A stretch of 63,977 nt of DNA, filler included. It is 5 parts of 5 records of this genome, joined end to end, with 100 filler letters (N's around TTAATTAATTAA, not from the genome) between each part and the next. Parts side by side here need not be neighbours in the genome. Positions count along the whole stretch, not along the records: positions 7,180 to 30,741 come from SRR31147125_24229; 4 more parts are not named here. The stretch is one strand, 5' to 3'. Positions within the stretch are counted from its first letter, which is position 1. The number at the start of each line of letters is the position of its first letter. Of the stretch, positions 9,668 to 20,333 are shown one piece after another. Position numbers and translations under genes: made by a program. The notes beneath the pieces are model-generated. The model was given only the letters and a program-made list of their open reading frames with translations. It did no database searches and was not told the DNA's origin.

Positions 9668-10375
9668 ATGAAAAGACGAATTCCGGCGATATTAGCGACG
9701 CTTTTTCTGCTGCTAACCATCGCAGCCTGTTCGAAGGATAATGGAAAAACAGATGAATCGTTACAGCCATCAGCAGAGCCTTCCGGTGAGACCTCGTCTG
9801 CCGATGTGACTGATGTCCCAACGGAAACAGACGCGACGCCCTCAGAAGAAACGCAAATGCCGGAAGTGTCGGTTGACGCGTCGGCACTGCCGGCTGAAGA
9901 CGAAAATATTCCCGAAGACGATTTGGCCTCCGGTCCCGAATATTCAATAAAATTGGGCGAGCAGACGCTCACGCTTCGTCAACATGATGTGGAGAGTGTT
10001 TTAAGCCAGCTTCCGTTTGAGTTTGTATCAGACTATACGGAAAAGCTAGGGGCTGACAGCGACACTTTTAACGGTTCCTATATCCGCACGATTACTTACG
10101 ACGGCTTTGAGATGGATTTATTTGCGCCGAAAGATGATCCGGAAAACTTTTGGGTTATGCGGATGACGGCGACGAATGATAAGGCTATTACTTATCGCGG
10201 GATCAAGGTCGGAGATACTGCACAGACAATGATGGAAAAATATCCTGAGGCCGAGCAAGTGGACGAGGGCTATTATATTTTCGGCGGCGCCTCCGAGGAC
10301 GCTTTCAACGAGTTGGCGTTTATTGTTGTTGACGGCGTTATTGAACAGCTTGCGTTGACTTTCTATCTGCCTTAA
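9668..10375 (+). CDS. Lipoprotein of unknown function
   Basis: Lipobox IAAC, acidic Ser/Thr/Pro linker, TYRGIKVGD motif. Confidence 0.75.
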   Translation: MKRRIPAILATLFLLLTIAACSKDNGKTDESLQPSAEPSGETSSADVTDVPTETDATPSEETQMPEVSVDASALPAEDENIPEDDLASGPEYSIKLGEQTLTLRQHDVESVLSQLPFEFVSDYTEKLGADSDTFNGSYIRTITYDGFEMDLFAPKDDPENFWVMRMTATNDKAITYRGIKVGDTAQTMMEKYPEAEQVDEGYYIFGGASEDAFNELAFIVVDGVIEQLALTFYLP

Positions 10376-10946
10376 AAGGGTACAACGGCACCACCGGTCA
10401 GCATCGTACCCGGTATCGGCCACGGTTTTATAGTGGCAAAATGATGCTTTTAAATTGTCTGCGAAAGCAGGCCTGATAAAATTAATCAATCGGCTGAGGA
10501 AGAGCTGAAAATTCATGAAAAATGGATTTTCAGCTCTTTTTGTTGTTTTACCACCTGCGTACAAAAGATGTGCCGATGCAATACATCTTTCTTATAAATA
10601 CCTCACTTGTTAATACTTGGCTTCATTAAAAGCCAATGATATGGAATCTAAATGAAATACTATCTTTGATAAACAGAAATACACGCAGGATTTTTGCCCG
10701 GCATGATTGCGGGCAAAGCAATTCTGATCTGCCGGCCTGTATTGAAAGTTAAAATGGATGACGGTTTAATTCAGAAATGGGTTATACCTTACGGCTTAGC
10801 AGAACGCTGTGGAGATGGATTATGTACCGGCTTCTCTGATGGCCATAGCGGACAGGGATTGCGGCGAAATATTAACAGATGGAGAAAACTTCCCATGCGG
10901 AGTTGCTATTCTGTACTAAAAATGCGCGCAGCGCAGGGGAGGTCTT

Positions 10947-12545
10947 ATGTTTAACTTTTTTCTCAGAAAAGCTGGCTACTGGTTCGCAAAAAGACAGCAG
11001 TCGTCGCAGCAGGGCGAACCGGAGGAACAGCATGAAGGAATACCGCAGGCGATCAGGGATGTCGTAGAGACCGTTAAACAGAGTACTTCGGAAAGCAAAG
11101 ACATCGTCGTGCGGGAATTTTATATTGATGGAGATGTGGATGTGGACGCGGCGGCCGTTTATGTAGACGGCCTGGTAGATACAGATATCATCAACGATGA
11201 TATCATAAAACCGCTGTTATATAAGGTGCGCCATGATGCTATCCCTAAGAAAAAGGACGGCATCCTTGAGTATCTTCAAAAGTGTCTGCTGTCGGTCGAT
11301 GAGATTAAGCTGGTGGACAGCATATATGATGCGATTGACGGCATGCTGATGGGTGACACGGCACTGTTCATTGGCGGTACCGGTAAAGCCTTTGTCATCA
11401 ATACAAAGGGCTGGCAGAACAGGAGTATATCCGAGCCATCCAGCGAATCGGTTATCCGCGGCCCGCGCGAGAGCTTCGTTGAAAATATGCGGTTTAATAC
11501 GGCCATGATCCGTCGGAAGATTAAAAATCCGGCGCTGACCTTTGAGCAGATGGTCATCGGACGACGGACGCGGACGCCAATAAGTATTGTATATATAGAC
11601 GGCCTGGCGAAAAAGGAACTGCTCGACGAAGTGAAAAAGCGCCTGAAAGCCATCCGTACCGACTCAATTCTTGAATCCGGTTATATCGAGCAATATATCG
11701 AAGACGCGCCCGGTTCGATTTTTGAAACAGTTGGTTATACGGAAAAACCGGATGTGGCCGCTGCCAAGATTTTGGAAGGGCGGGTAGCCATTGTTGTGGA
11801 CGGCACGCCGTTTGTCCTGACCGTGCCGTATTTGTTTGTCGAAGGCTTTCAGTCCGCTGAAGATTACTATTTCAGGCCCTTTTATACGACGCTCGTTCGT
11901 ATCATCCGGGTTATCGGGTTTTCAATTACCGTGTTGGCGCCGGCTTTTTATGTATCTGTCACAACGTTTCATCAGGAGCTAATTCCAACGAGCCTGCTTA
12001 TTACAATGGCAAGGTCCAGGGAAGGCGTGCCGTTTCCCGCCTTTCTTGAATCGCTCATTATGATTGTTGTATTTGAAATCATACGCGAAGCCGGCGTGCG
12101 GCTGCCGCGTCCGGTTGGACAGGCGCTGAGTATCGTGGGCGCGTTGGTCATTGGTGAATCAGCCGTTTCGGCGGGCCTCATCGGTGCACCGATGGTCATC
12201 GTTGTGGCCATCACGGCCATTTCCGGCTTTTTAGTTCCGACACAGAATAATTCCGCCGTTGTTTTACGGCTGATATTGCTTGTGTTAAGCGCCATGTTCG
12301 GTGGCTTTGGGCTGACGCTGGGCCTTCTCGGCGCGCTTGTGCATCTGTCGGCGCTGGAGTCCTTCGGCTATTCGTATCTGTCTCCGACGGTTCCGTTTAA
12401 CCTCAACGATTCAAAAGACGCCATGATTCGCGCGCCTCTTTGGATTATGCTGACCCGTCCAAAAGGAATGGCGGATGATCAGCAGCGCAAGGACTATATG
12501 GTTCCGCCGGTCGGCTCGGATAAAAATAAGAAAGAGGGGACATAA
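10947..12545 (+). CDS. gerKA: Spore germination receptor A subunit (GerA family)
   Basis: EPSSESVIRGPRESFVE, EGRVAIVVDGTP, REGVPFP, REAGVRLP, ESFGYSYLSP. Confidence 0.95.
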   Translation: MFNFFLRKAGYWFAKRQQSSQQGEPEEQHEGIPQAIRDVVETVKQSTSESKDIVVREFYIDGDVDVDAAAVYVDGLVDTDIINDDIIKPLLYKVRHDAIPKKKDGILEYLQKCLLSVDEIKLVDSIYDAIDGMLMGDTALFIGGTGKAFVINTKGWQNRSISEPSSESVIRGPRESFVENMRFNTAMIRRKIKNPALTFEQMVIGRRTRTPISIVYIDGLAKKELLDEVKKRLKAIRTDSILESGYIEQYIEDAPGSIFETVGYTEKPDVAAAKILEGRVAIVVDGTPFVLTVPYLFVEGFQSAEDYYFRPFYTTLVRIIRVIGFSITVLAPAFYVSVTTFHQELIPTSLLITMARSREGVPFPAFLESLIMIVVFEIIREAGVRLPRPVGQALSIVGALVIGESAVSAGLIGAPMVIVVAITAISGFLVPTQNNSAVVLRLILLVLSAMFGGFGLTLGLLGALVHLSALESFGYSYLSPTVPFNLNDSKDAMIRAPLWIMLTRPKGMADDQQRKDYMVPPVGSDKNKKEGT

Positions 12546-12550
12546 AGGCC

Positions 12551-13738
12551 GTGATGAAAAAATCGATCAAGCCGATTGCCTGTGCCCTCATACTATTTTT
12601 AAGCCTGCAGTGCCTGACGGGCTGCTTTGACCGAAGGGAGCTCGATACGATTATTATCGTCATGGGCGTTGCCATTGATAAACCCGAAAAGGAAGAAGGG
12701 TATGAGGTGACGATCCAGCTTGCTAACCCAAGCGAAAGTGGCGGCGGCGGCGGTAAAACGAAAAAAGAAAGCGGTGGCGGCGGCTCCTCGGAGTATATTA
12801 ATATCACCGAAAAAGGGAAAAACATCAATTATATTATCCGTGAAATGCAAAATAAAATGAGCCGGCGCGTCTATGTTGCGCACAGCCAATGCATCGTGAT
12901 CGGTGAGGAGCAGGCTAAAGCAGGCGTTAAAGACTGCCTTGATTTCTTCGCGCGAGCGCCGGAAGCGCGTATGACGGACCTGCTGTTTATGGCTGAAGGC
13001 AAAGCATTGGATATTTTCAGCGTTCAATCCGAATTGGAAAGCTTCCCGTCGACGATGCTCGTCAAAATGCTTCGCAATCAGGAGCTTACGTCACAGGCGC
13101 CGGTTATTACAGAGTTTGAGTTTATGTGCTGCATGATCCGAAAAACAAAGTGTCCGGTTATGCCGATCGTGCGGATATTGGAGGATGAAGAGCAGCAGCG
13201 TATGGAGGTTGACGGCTGCGCCGTGTTTAAAAACGGCGCTCTGGTGGGCAAATTCGATGAAGCTCAGACAAGGGGCATGCTGTTTATTGAGAATAAGGTC
13301 AAAGCCGGCGTTTTGTCGCTGAATATTGAGGACGCAAGCATAACGGCAGAGCTACGCAAGGCGAAAAGCAGCGTAAAACCGCATTTGTATGAAGACGGCA
13401 GTATTAAATATGAGGTTGAAGTTAATGCCACGGTAGGGCTTGGTGATCAGACCGGCACATTTAATGTGGCGGAACCCGATCATGTGCCCATGCTCCTGAC
13501 CGCTGCCGAGGAAGCTATCAAGGCAGAGATTCAAAACGTTATTGACAAATCAAAAGAATACAACGCCGACGTGTTCGGTTTCGGTGAATATATCAAGCGT
13601 AAATATCCCGATCAATGGAAATCCATGGAGGATAACTGGGATGCAATCTACCCAAATGTGACAGTGGATATTTCCGTTAAAGCTAAAGCCGACGGCAGCG
13701 GGCGAATCACGAGGCCGCTAACTCCGGAGGAATCATAA
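12551..13738 (+). CDS. gerKC: Spore germination receptor C subunit (lipoprotein)
   Basis: Lipobox LTGCFDRRELD, GVAID, ADVFGFG. Confidence 0.93.
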   Translation: MMKKSIKPIACALILFLSLQCLTGCFDRRELDTIIIVMGVAIDKPEKEEGYEVTIQLANPSESGGGGGKTKKESGGGGSSEYINITEKGKNINYIIREMQNKMSRRVYVAHSQCIVIGEEQAKAGVKDCLDFFARAPEARMTDLLFMAEGKALDIFSVQSELESFPSTMLVKMLRNQELTSQAPVITEFEFMCCMIRKTKCPVMPIVRILEDEEQQRMEVDGCAVFKNGALVGKFDEAQTRGMLFIENKVKAGVLSLNIEDASITAELRKAKSSVKPHLYEDGSIKYEVEVNATVGLGDQTGTFNVAEPDHVPMLLTAAEEAIKAEIQNVIDKSKEYNADVFGFGEYIKRKYPDQWKSMEDNWDAIYPNVTVDISVKAKADGSGRITRPLTPEES

Positions 13739-13762
13739 GGTAGATAGAGGAGGAAAACGTTA

Positions 13763-14866
13763 ATGAATAAAGCCATATCGTCTAATCAGCTGGCATACTC
13801 AGTCAGCGCGTTCATTCTGGCGTCAAATTTGCTGACAAGCAACGTTTATTCCTTTACTAAAAATGATTCCTGGTTCGCTGTTATTGCGGGGTTTGCTGTG
13901 AGTCTTTTGATCATCGGTATCTATATTCTGTTGTCCAGGAGCTATCCCGGACTGGGATTGTTTGAAATCAACGATGCCGTTTTCGGCAAAATAGTCGGCA
14001 AAATCATGTCGTTTTTCTATATTTTCTATTTCGTCTCTTTGGCTATTTTGAATACGCGTGATCTTGGCGATTTTGTTAAGGGCGAGGTGCTGACTCGAAC
14101 GCCGCTCATGCTTCTTTTTGTCGTATTTATTCTCCTTTGCGCCTGGGCTGTCCGTAAGGGTCCAGTCAATATGACGCGATATGGTTTCTTTTCGACGTTC
14201 GTGGCGATCGTCGTAATAGCAACGATCACACTGCTGCTGATAGATAAATATAATTTGAAATTTCTGGCGCCGTCTTTTAGGCTTCCGCCTCGTAACTATA
14301 TAATCGGTACGCATATCATAACAATGCTTCCATTTTGTGAAATACTGGCGTTTACCACGTTCATTCCGCATTTGTACAGGCCGAATCAATTTGGACGGGC
14401 TATGGTTAAAGGGCTGACGATCGCAGCAGTCATGCTGCTGATTGTTGTGCTGCGAGACACGGTCGTTGAAGGTAAGTTTATCACAATATTTTCAATGCCC
14501 TCTTATTATACGGCGCGTTATATTGATATCGGAGATATACTCACACGTGTTGAGATTGTCTATGCGATCGTGCTTATCGGCTTGCTGTTCTTTAAGGTCA
14601 GTATCACGTATTATGCTACTATAGCGGGCCTTACAAAGATACTGGGGGCAAATATGTATCAGTCTCTGATTTATATCATCGGCGCTCTTATTTGCGTCTA
14701 TGCAGCTGCAAGCTTTCCGGCGGTGTCAGATCATGTGCATTGGAATATGACGGCGGCGCCCACGTTTTCAACGTTTTTCATCTTGATATTGCCGTTGCTG
14801 ACGCTAATCGTTTCGCTCGTCCGCGAAAGCCTGTCGCCGAAAAAGCATGTTTCTGAAACAACATAA
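13763..14866 (+). CDS. gerKB: Spore germination receptor B subunit (copy 1)
   Basis: About 10 TM helices, NDSW, TP motif, DIGDILTRVE. Confidence 0.9.
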   Translation: MNKAISSNQLAYSVSAFILASNLLTSNVYSFTKNDSWFAVIAGFAVSLLIIGIYILLSRSYPGLGLFEINDAVFGKIVGKIMSFFYIFYFVSLAILNTRDLGDFVKGEVLTRTPLMLLFVVFILLCAWAVRKGPVNMTRYGFFSTFVAIVVIATITLLLIDKYNLKFLAPSFRLPPRNYIIGTHIITMLPFCEILAFTTFIPHLYRPNQFGRAMVKGLTIAAVMLLIVVLRDTVVEGKFITIFSMPSYYTARYIDIGDILTRVEIVYAIVLIGLLFFKVSITYYATIAGLTKILGANMYQSLIYIIGALICVYAAASFPAVSDHVHWNMTAAPTFSTFFILILPLLTLIVSLVRESLSPKKHVSETT

Positions 14867-14956
14867 CAGGCCGTTATCTCATGTCGAAATAAGAGGTGTA
14901 TTGTGTTTATACAATGATCTGCCGGTCGGCAAATTCCAGTCAGAAGGGAAATTTTT

Positions 14957-16060
14957 ATGAATAGAGCCATATCCTCCAGTCAACTGGCATATTCGATCTG
15001 CTCGTTCGTACTATCGTCCAGCTTGCTTCTAAGCAGTGTCTACAAATTTACAAAAAACGATTCCTGGGTTGCCGTCATTATGGGGTTTGCTGCGAGCCTT
15101 CTGATTGTAGGCGTATTTATTGCTTTGGCTAAACGCTATCCCGGTAAGGGTCTATTCGATATCAATACGGCCGTTTTCGGAAATATCGCCGGTAAAATCG
15201 TATCGCTTTTTTACGTCTTTTTTTTCATCACAATTGCGCTTTTAAATACGCGTGATCTTGGCGATTTTGTTACAAGCTCCGTTTTGAGACAGACCCCACT
15301 GATGATTACATTCATTATATTCGTTTTACTATGTTCGTGGGCTGTCCGTAAGGGTCCGGTTAATATGACACGTTACGGGTTTTTGTTGACGCTAGTGACC
15401 ATTGCTGCCATCCTTTTTTATACGCTGCTGCTGAGCGACAAGTTCCAGCTTCGGCATCTCCTGCCGGCATTTAACCAACCGTTCAGAAATTACTTGATCG
15501 GCTCGCACATGATTATGATACTGCCGTTTTGTGACACGGCGGTGTTTCTGGTGTTTATTCCGTTTATGTACAAGCCTCAAGAATTCGGCCGTGCGATTTT
15601 AAAAGGTACTATTATTGCGGCCATTATGATGCTTATAGTTGTGCTGCGGGATACGGTCGTTCTTGGAAAGTTTGTTTCTATTTTCACAATGCCGTCCTAT
15701 TATGCAGCGCGATTTATCGATATCGGGGATATTTTAACGCGGGTGGAAATTATCTATGCCATCATCCTCATAGGCCTGCTGTTTTATAAAGTCAGCATAT
15801 TTTTCTATGCCACCGTCAGCGGTATCACGCATTTATTCGGGATGCAGTCCTATAAACCGTTCATTTATATTATCGGCGCACTGATTTGCATATACGCCTC
15901 AGCCAGCTTTTCAGCTGTGGTTGATCATGCGAAGTGGAAAATGACAGCCGCGCCGGTATTCTCAACTTTTTTTGTAGTAGTCCTGCCGGTTTTAACACTT
16001 CTCATTTCCCTGATACGAGAGAGCTTGACAACAAAAAGGCGATTAGCCGGAGCATCTTAG
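14957..16060 (+). CDS. gerKB: Spore germination receptor B subunit (copy 2)
   Basis: Same length (367 aa) as copy 1 and collinear with it. Confidence 0.9.
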   Translation: MNRAISSSQLAYSICSFVLSSSLLLSSVYKFTKNDSWVAVIMGFAASLLIVGVFIALAKRYPGKGLFDINTAVFGNIAGKIVSLFYVFFFITIALLNTRDLGDFVTSSVLRQTPLMITFIIFVLLCSWAVRKGPVNMTRYGFLLTLVTIAAILFYTLLLSDKFQLRHLLPAFNQPFRNYLIGSHMIMILPFCDTAVFLVFIPFMYKPQEFGRAILKGTIIAAIMMLIVVLRDTVVLGKFVSIFTMPSYYAARFIDIGDILTRVEIIYAIILIGLLFYKVSIFFYATVSGITHLFGMQSYKPFIYIIGALICIYASASFSAVVDHAKWKMTAAPVFSTFFVVVLPVLTLLISLIRESLTTKRRLAGAS

Positions 16061-16104
16061 TTCGTGGCTAAGGCGCTTGTTACTTGAGTTGAGGAGGGAA
16101 CATA

Positions 16105-16329
16105 TTGTTCATACTTGTTATTTTCATATTTATCCTGCTCGCACTGTCTGATTTTCCGAGGCTGATTAAAGATAAAAAATGGAAAACCGTCGGAATACTA
16201 GGCGGATTTTATGTATTGGTGCTGACGCTTGCCGTGCTGCTGTCGTTTGGCGTCACGCTTCCGAGTCCTTACGTGGGCGCCCAAAAACTGATTGTGGATG
16301 TTTTGCATCTGGGTTATCCAAAGCCATGA
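16105..16329 (+). CDS. Small 2-TM protein of ger operons (putative D subunit)
   Basis: RBS GAGGAGG; two hydrophobic segments; LPSP motif; last gene of the ger operon. Confidence 0.7.
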   Translation: MFILVIFIFILLALSDFPRLIKDKKWKTVGILGGFYVLVLTLAVLLSFGVTLPSPYVGAQKLIVDVLHLGYPKP

Positions 16330-16362
16330 AGAGGAAACGGGCTTATGCCAAGAACGCAAAAA

Positions 16363-16385
16363 CATCCGGTTCGTTGAACCGGATG
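16363..16385. terminator. Hairpin between convergent genes
   Basis: CATCCGGTTC-gtt-GAACCGGATG. Confidence 0.6.
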
Positions 16386-16413
16386 CAACGCAATATGAAA
16401 TTAGCGCCGTCGG

Positions 16414-17109
16414 TTATTCCTCCAAAAGCGCTTTGAGACGATCTTCATCCTTTATAGTGAACGACTCCCGGCTAAATTCAATAATGCCGTCATCGCGCAT
16501 ACGGCATAGCTCACGGGACATGGAGGGCCTGGAAATGTTAAGGTAGTCCGCCAGCATTTCCCGATTTAACGGCAGCTTAAAGGATAGACTCCCGGATCTT
16601 TCTTTTTGCTCTAGCAGGTATTTGCTCAGCTTGCCGTTAATGCTTCGCAAAGATAGATACTCAACCTTCTTGTTGAGGTCACACGCTTTTTTGGCGACAA
16701 CGCGGATCATATTAGCCAGGATAATCTTATGAAACGTACAGGCCCTGCTGCACATATTAAGGATCTTTTCCGGATGTACGATCATGAGCGTACAGTCTGC
16801 CAGGGCCAAAACCGATGCCGGCCACGTCTCCGTTCCACAAAAAGCGAGCGCTTCGCCACAGACGTCGCCAATGTCGAATAGATTGACAACGACGCGGTTC
16901 CCGTTGTAATTTTCCCGGATAATGGCCATTTCGCCATCAAGAAGGATAAACACCCCGTTAAAAGGACTATTTATTTTGACGATGTAGTCATTTTTATCAA
17001 AGTGTGCGATTTTATAATCAAGGCAGTCAAGTACGTGCGGGATGTCCTTGATGTCAATCCCTTTAAACAGTACCGTATGAGACACTTTTTCTAAATGATT
17101 GGGGTCCAT
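16414..17109 (-). CDS. Crp/Fnr family transcriptional regulator
   Basis: cNMP-fold region (GDVCGEALAF) and HTH LNREMLADYLNISRPSMSREL. Confidence 0.93.
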   Translation of the reverse strand: MDPNHLEKVSHTVLFKGIDIKDIPHVLDCLDYKIAHFDKNDYIVKINSPFNGVFILLDGEMAIIRENYNGNRVVVNLFDIGDVCGEALAFCGTETWPASVLALADCTLMIVHPEKILNMCSRACTFHKIILANMIRVVAKKACDLNKKVEYLSLRSINGKLSKYLLEQKERSGSLSFKLPLNREMLADYLNISRPSMSRELCRMRDDGIIEFSRESFTIKDEDRLKALLEE

Positions 17110-17121
17110 ATGGCCTCCTTT

Positions 17122-17135
17122 GTATCTCGGGATAC
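17122..17135. promoter_or_regulatory. Candidate Crp/Fnr-family operator
   Basis: GTATC-TCGG-GATAC palindrome next to the regulator RBS, in the divergent intergenic region. Confidence 0.45.
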
Positions 17136-17337
17136 GAGATTTATATAAATTTTTGTTTTATAATAAACACAAATTTAACAAAGTTCTAATATGCAATTCT
17201 TAATAAACTAGAAAAAGAAAAATTTATCGTTATGAAACTGCGTTTAATGTTCATCTTAATTATTGAACGAAACAGCGTGGTTGTCAACCTTTATGCGTCG
17301 AAATCGTGAGGCGCTTTTCTACTGAAGGAGTTGTCAA

Positions 17338-19329
17338 ATGGGAAAGAATATTGTCATCGTCGGGGCGGGATACGCCGGCGTCCTGACAGCAAAAAAATTA
17401 GCTAAAAGACTGAAGAAAACACCCGACGTTAATATCACTATTATTGATAAGCATCCGTACCACACGATGCTTACAGAGCTGCACGAGGTTGCGGCCAACC
17501 GGGTCCCCGACAATCATGTGCGTATCAGCCTGGATAAAATATTTGCCGGGCGGAAGGTGGACGTGAAGCTTGATACGGTCACCGGTGTTGATTATGAAAA
17601 CAAAACGGTTATGGGGCAGGCGGGAGAATACCCGTACGATTATCTTGTCGTAGCCTGCGGCTCAAAGCCAACCTATTTCGGTACCCCCGGCGCGGAAGAG
17701 TTTTCGTATAAGCTTTGGTCGTTTGACGACGCGGTTCTGCTGAAAAACCATATTATTGACGTCTTTAAGCAGGCTGTGTCAGAAACGGATCCGGCACTGC
17801 GTAAAAAGCTTCTGACGTTTTACGTTGTCGGCGCCGGGTTTACAGGCGTTGAAATGGTCGGCGAACTGGCTGAATGGGTTCCCATTCTCTGTGATGAATA
17901 TGAAATCGAGCGTGAGAGCGTCCATATAGTTAATGTCGACATGTTAGACCGTGTTGTACCCACGTTTCCCGAACACGTTTCGGCCAAAGCCGACAGGCGT
18001 CTTCGCAAAATGGGCGTTGATCTTGCCCTTAAAACAGGTGTGTCCTCTGTTGGCGAGGATTATATTGAACTCAAGCGCGATGATAAAATAACGCGCTATG
18101 ACACGGCTACCGTTATCTGGACAGCCGGCGTTGAAAGCGCCGACATGGTCGCCACACTTGACTGCCTGAAGAAGGCCGGTCGCTGTCGGCTTCAGACCGA
18201 CGCGTATTTGCGCGCGGAAGGCCGGGAAGATATATTTGTCGCTGGCGACAACATTTTCTACGTTCCTGAAAATCAGGGGAAACCTGTGCCGCAAATGGTT
18301 GAAAACGCGGAACAGAGCGCCGATACGGTTGCGCATAATCTTATTGTTGATCTCACCGGCAACGGTGAGATGGAGGAATACGAGCCGAAATTCCACGGCG
18401 CAATGCTCTGTATCGGCGGCCGTTACGGCTCGGCCTACGTCGGCACCGATAAACACAAATTTTCGCTGGCATCGTTTTTCGCCATGTTCGCCAAGCATTT
18501 TATCAACATCATTTATTTCATTCAGGTAGCGGGCTGGAACAAAATTATCGGCTACCTGAAAAACGAGTTCTTCACGATCCGCTACCGCAGAAGCTTTGTC
18601 GGCGGCCATTTCTCCAACAGAACGCCGAGCTTTCTGCTTGTTCCGCTGCGTTTGTGGCTGGGCGCGGTATGGGTGTTCGAAGGCATCATGAAAATCGTCG
18701 AGGGCTGGATGATTACGCCGAAGCTCGAGGGCTTTTTCGGTGCGGCGAATGGTTGGTTCAATGCAATTTTAGGCAACGGCACGGCAGACGCCGTATCAAG
18801 TGCAACCGGTGAAGCTGCCAATTCAGCTGCCGACGCAGTCTCAAGCGCTACAGGCGCAGGCGAAGCCGCCGCGTCCGTTGGCAAGGTCTTATTTAATATT
18901 GATTTTCTGGGTATATTTAAAGCAATATTTGTCAGCGGCAAACCGCTGGATCAGGCCACGGTGGCGGATTATGCCTTCAAGCTCGATATTCCGCTGATGA
19001 ACTGGTTTGTACAGAACGTACTGCTTGCACATCCGGGTCTTGCGCAAGCCATGCAGATATTCATCGTTGTGGCGGAAATCCTAATCGGTTTGGCCATGAT
19101 GGGCGGTCTTTTGACAACGCTTGCCAGTCTTGTTTCCCTTGTGCTTCTGTTCATGTTTATGGCTACGACGGGGCTATATCTGTCAAGCTTCTGGATGCTC
19201 TTTGGTGGGATTGCGCTCCTGTTCGGCGCGGGCAAGATCTTCGGTCTGGATTACTATGCAAGCCCGCTCATGAGTAAGGGCTGGCGCAAGGTCGGATGGG
19301 TAAGGAAGTCGTATCTCTATCATGACTGA
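17338..19329 (+). CDS. ndh2: Type II NADH dehydrogenase with C-terminal membrane (DoxX-like) domain, EET type
   Basis: GAGYAG, GAGFTGVE, AGD, PQMVE motifs; C-terminal TM domain; neighbours match the Listeria-type EET locus. Confidence 0.9.
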   Translation: MGKNIVIVGAGYAGVLTAKKLAKRLKKTPDVNITIIDKHPYHTMLTELHEVAANRVPDNHVRISLDKIFAGRKVDVKLDTVTGVDYENKTVMGQAGEYPYDYLVVACGSKPTYFGTPGAEEFSYKLWSFDDAVLLKNHIIDVFKQAVSETDPALRKKLLTFYVVGAGFTGVEMVGELAEWVPILCDEYEIERESVHIVNVDMLDRVVPTFPEHVSAKADRRLRKMGVDLALKTGVSSVGEDYIELKRDDKITRYDTATVIWTAGVESADMVATLDCLKKAGRCRLQTDAYLRAEGREDIFVAGDNIFYVPENQGKPVPQMVENAEQSADTVAHNLIVDLTGNGEMEEYEPKFHGAMLCIGGRYGSAYVGTDKHKFSLASFFAMFAKHFINIIYFIQVAGWNKIIGYLKNEFFTIRYRRSFVGGHFSNRTPSFLLVPLRLWLGAVWVFEGIMKIVEGWMITPKLEGFFGAANGWFNAILGNGTADAVSSATGEAANSAADAVSSATGAGEAAASVGKVLFNIDFLGIFKAIFVSGKPLDQATVADYAFKLDIPLMNWFVQNVLLAHPGLAQAMQIFIVVAEILIGLAMMGGLLTTLASLVSLVLLFMFMATTGLYLSSFWMLFGGIALLFGAGKIFGLDYYASPLMSKGWRKVGWVRKSYLYHD

Positions 19330-20305
19330 TTTATCAACCGAGAACCAGGCCGCTACTCTGGCCTATGACGAGGCTGTTGCCGAAACATCCGAACAGATTA
19401 AGAAGCTTCTAAAAACGGCGCCGTCCGTTATTCGTAAGCAGACGTCGCATTTGGCCAAAGCTACCGGGAAAATGATACGGGCGCGCGCGCTGCTGGCTTG
19501 CGCGCTCAATAGGGAAGAACAAATTAATCCCGATGCAGTGAAAGCGGCCGCAGCTGTGGAGCTTTTACACCTGGCGACGCTCGTGCATGATGATATCATC
19601 GACAACGCCGACAAACGGCGCGGTATTGACGCACTTCATAAGAAATTCGGTGAAAAGTATGCCGTACTCTGCGGTGACTGGCTTTTTTGCACGGCCCTGG
19701 AGTTCGTCTCAACCGTCACACCGCTGGAAAACCGGCGTGACGGGCTGGACCAGTCCTTTCCCAAATATCTGACGGAGGTTTGTCTCGGAGAACTGAGGCA
19801 AAACCATAACAATTATAATCTAAAACTGTCTACGCGCGAGTATTTCAAAATCATTCGGGGAAAAACAGCCGCACTTTTTGAAGCGAGCTTCTACACGGGC
19901 TTTTTATTCTCAGATGAGGACGACGCGCTGCAGGATATCTATAAGGAAATTGGCGGAAATATCGGCGTCATCTTTCAGCTCGCGGATGATTGTGCCGATT
20001 ACGAGGCCACGCAGAAGCAAACCAAAAAGCCGGTGCTATCCGATTATAGCCGTGGCGTTGTCACACTTCCGCTTATATATGCGCTGAAAACAGATAAAAC
20101 ACTGGCGGCGCGAATAGACGCCGGGATGATGCCTGAGGCGCTAAAAACGGCCATTGAAGCAGCCGGCGGTCTGGAATACACCCACAAGCAGATTGAGGGG
20201 CTTTATAAAAAAACGACTAAGCTGATTTCGTCTCTTGACATCAAGGACGAAAAGAGGGCGCTGTTAACGGGACTTCTCCGGAAGTCGGCCGGCTTAAAGA
20301 CCTGA
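19322..20305 (+). CDS. Polyprenyl diphosphate synthase (DmkB/HepT-like)
   Basis: ELLHLATLVHDDIID, GKTAALF, FQLADDCAD. Confidence 0.9.
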   Translation: MTDLSTENQAATLAYDEAVAETSEQIKKLLKTAPSVIRKQTSHLAKATGKMIRARALLACALNREEQINPDAVKAAAAVELLHLATLVHDDIIDNADKRRGIDALHKKFGEKYAVLCGDWLFCTALEFVSTVTPLENRRDGLDQSFPKYLTEVCLGELRQNHNNYNLKLSTREYFKIIRGKTAALFEASFYTGFLFSDEDDALQDIYKEIGGNIGVIFQLADDCADYEATQKQTKKPVLSDYSRGVVTLPLIYALKTDKTLAARIDAGMMPEALKTAIEAAGGLEYTHKQIEGLYKKTTKLISSLDIKDEKRALLTGLLRKSAGLKT

Positions 20306-20333
20306 CGGTCGACTGTACGAAGGTGTTGAGATA

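Noticed and set aside
10376-10946. Possible ncRNA or small genes upstream of gerKA
   Set aside because: No recognisable structure, RBS or coding signal; ORF 10694-10954 is unsupported.
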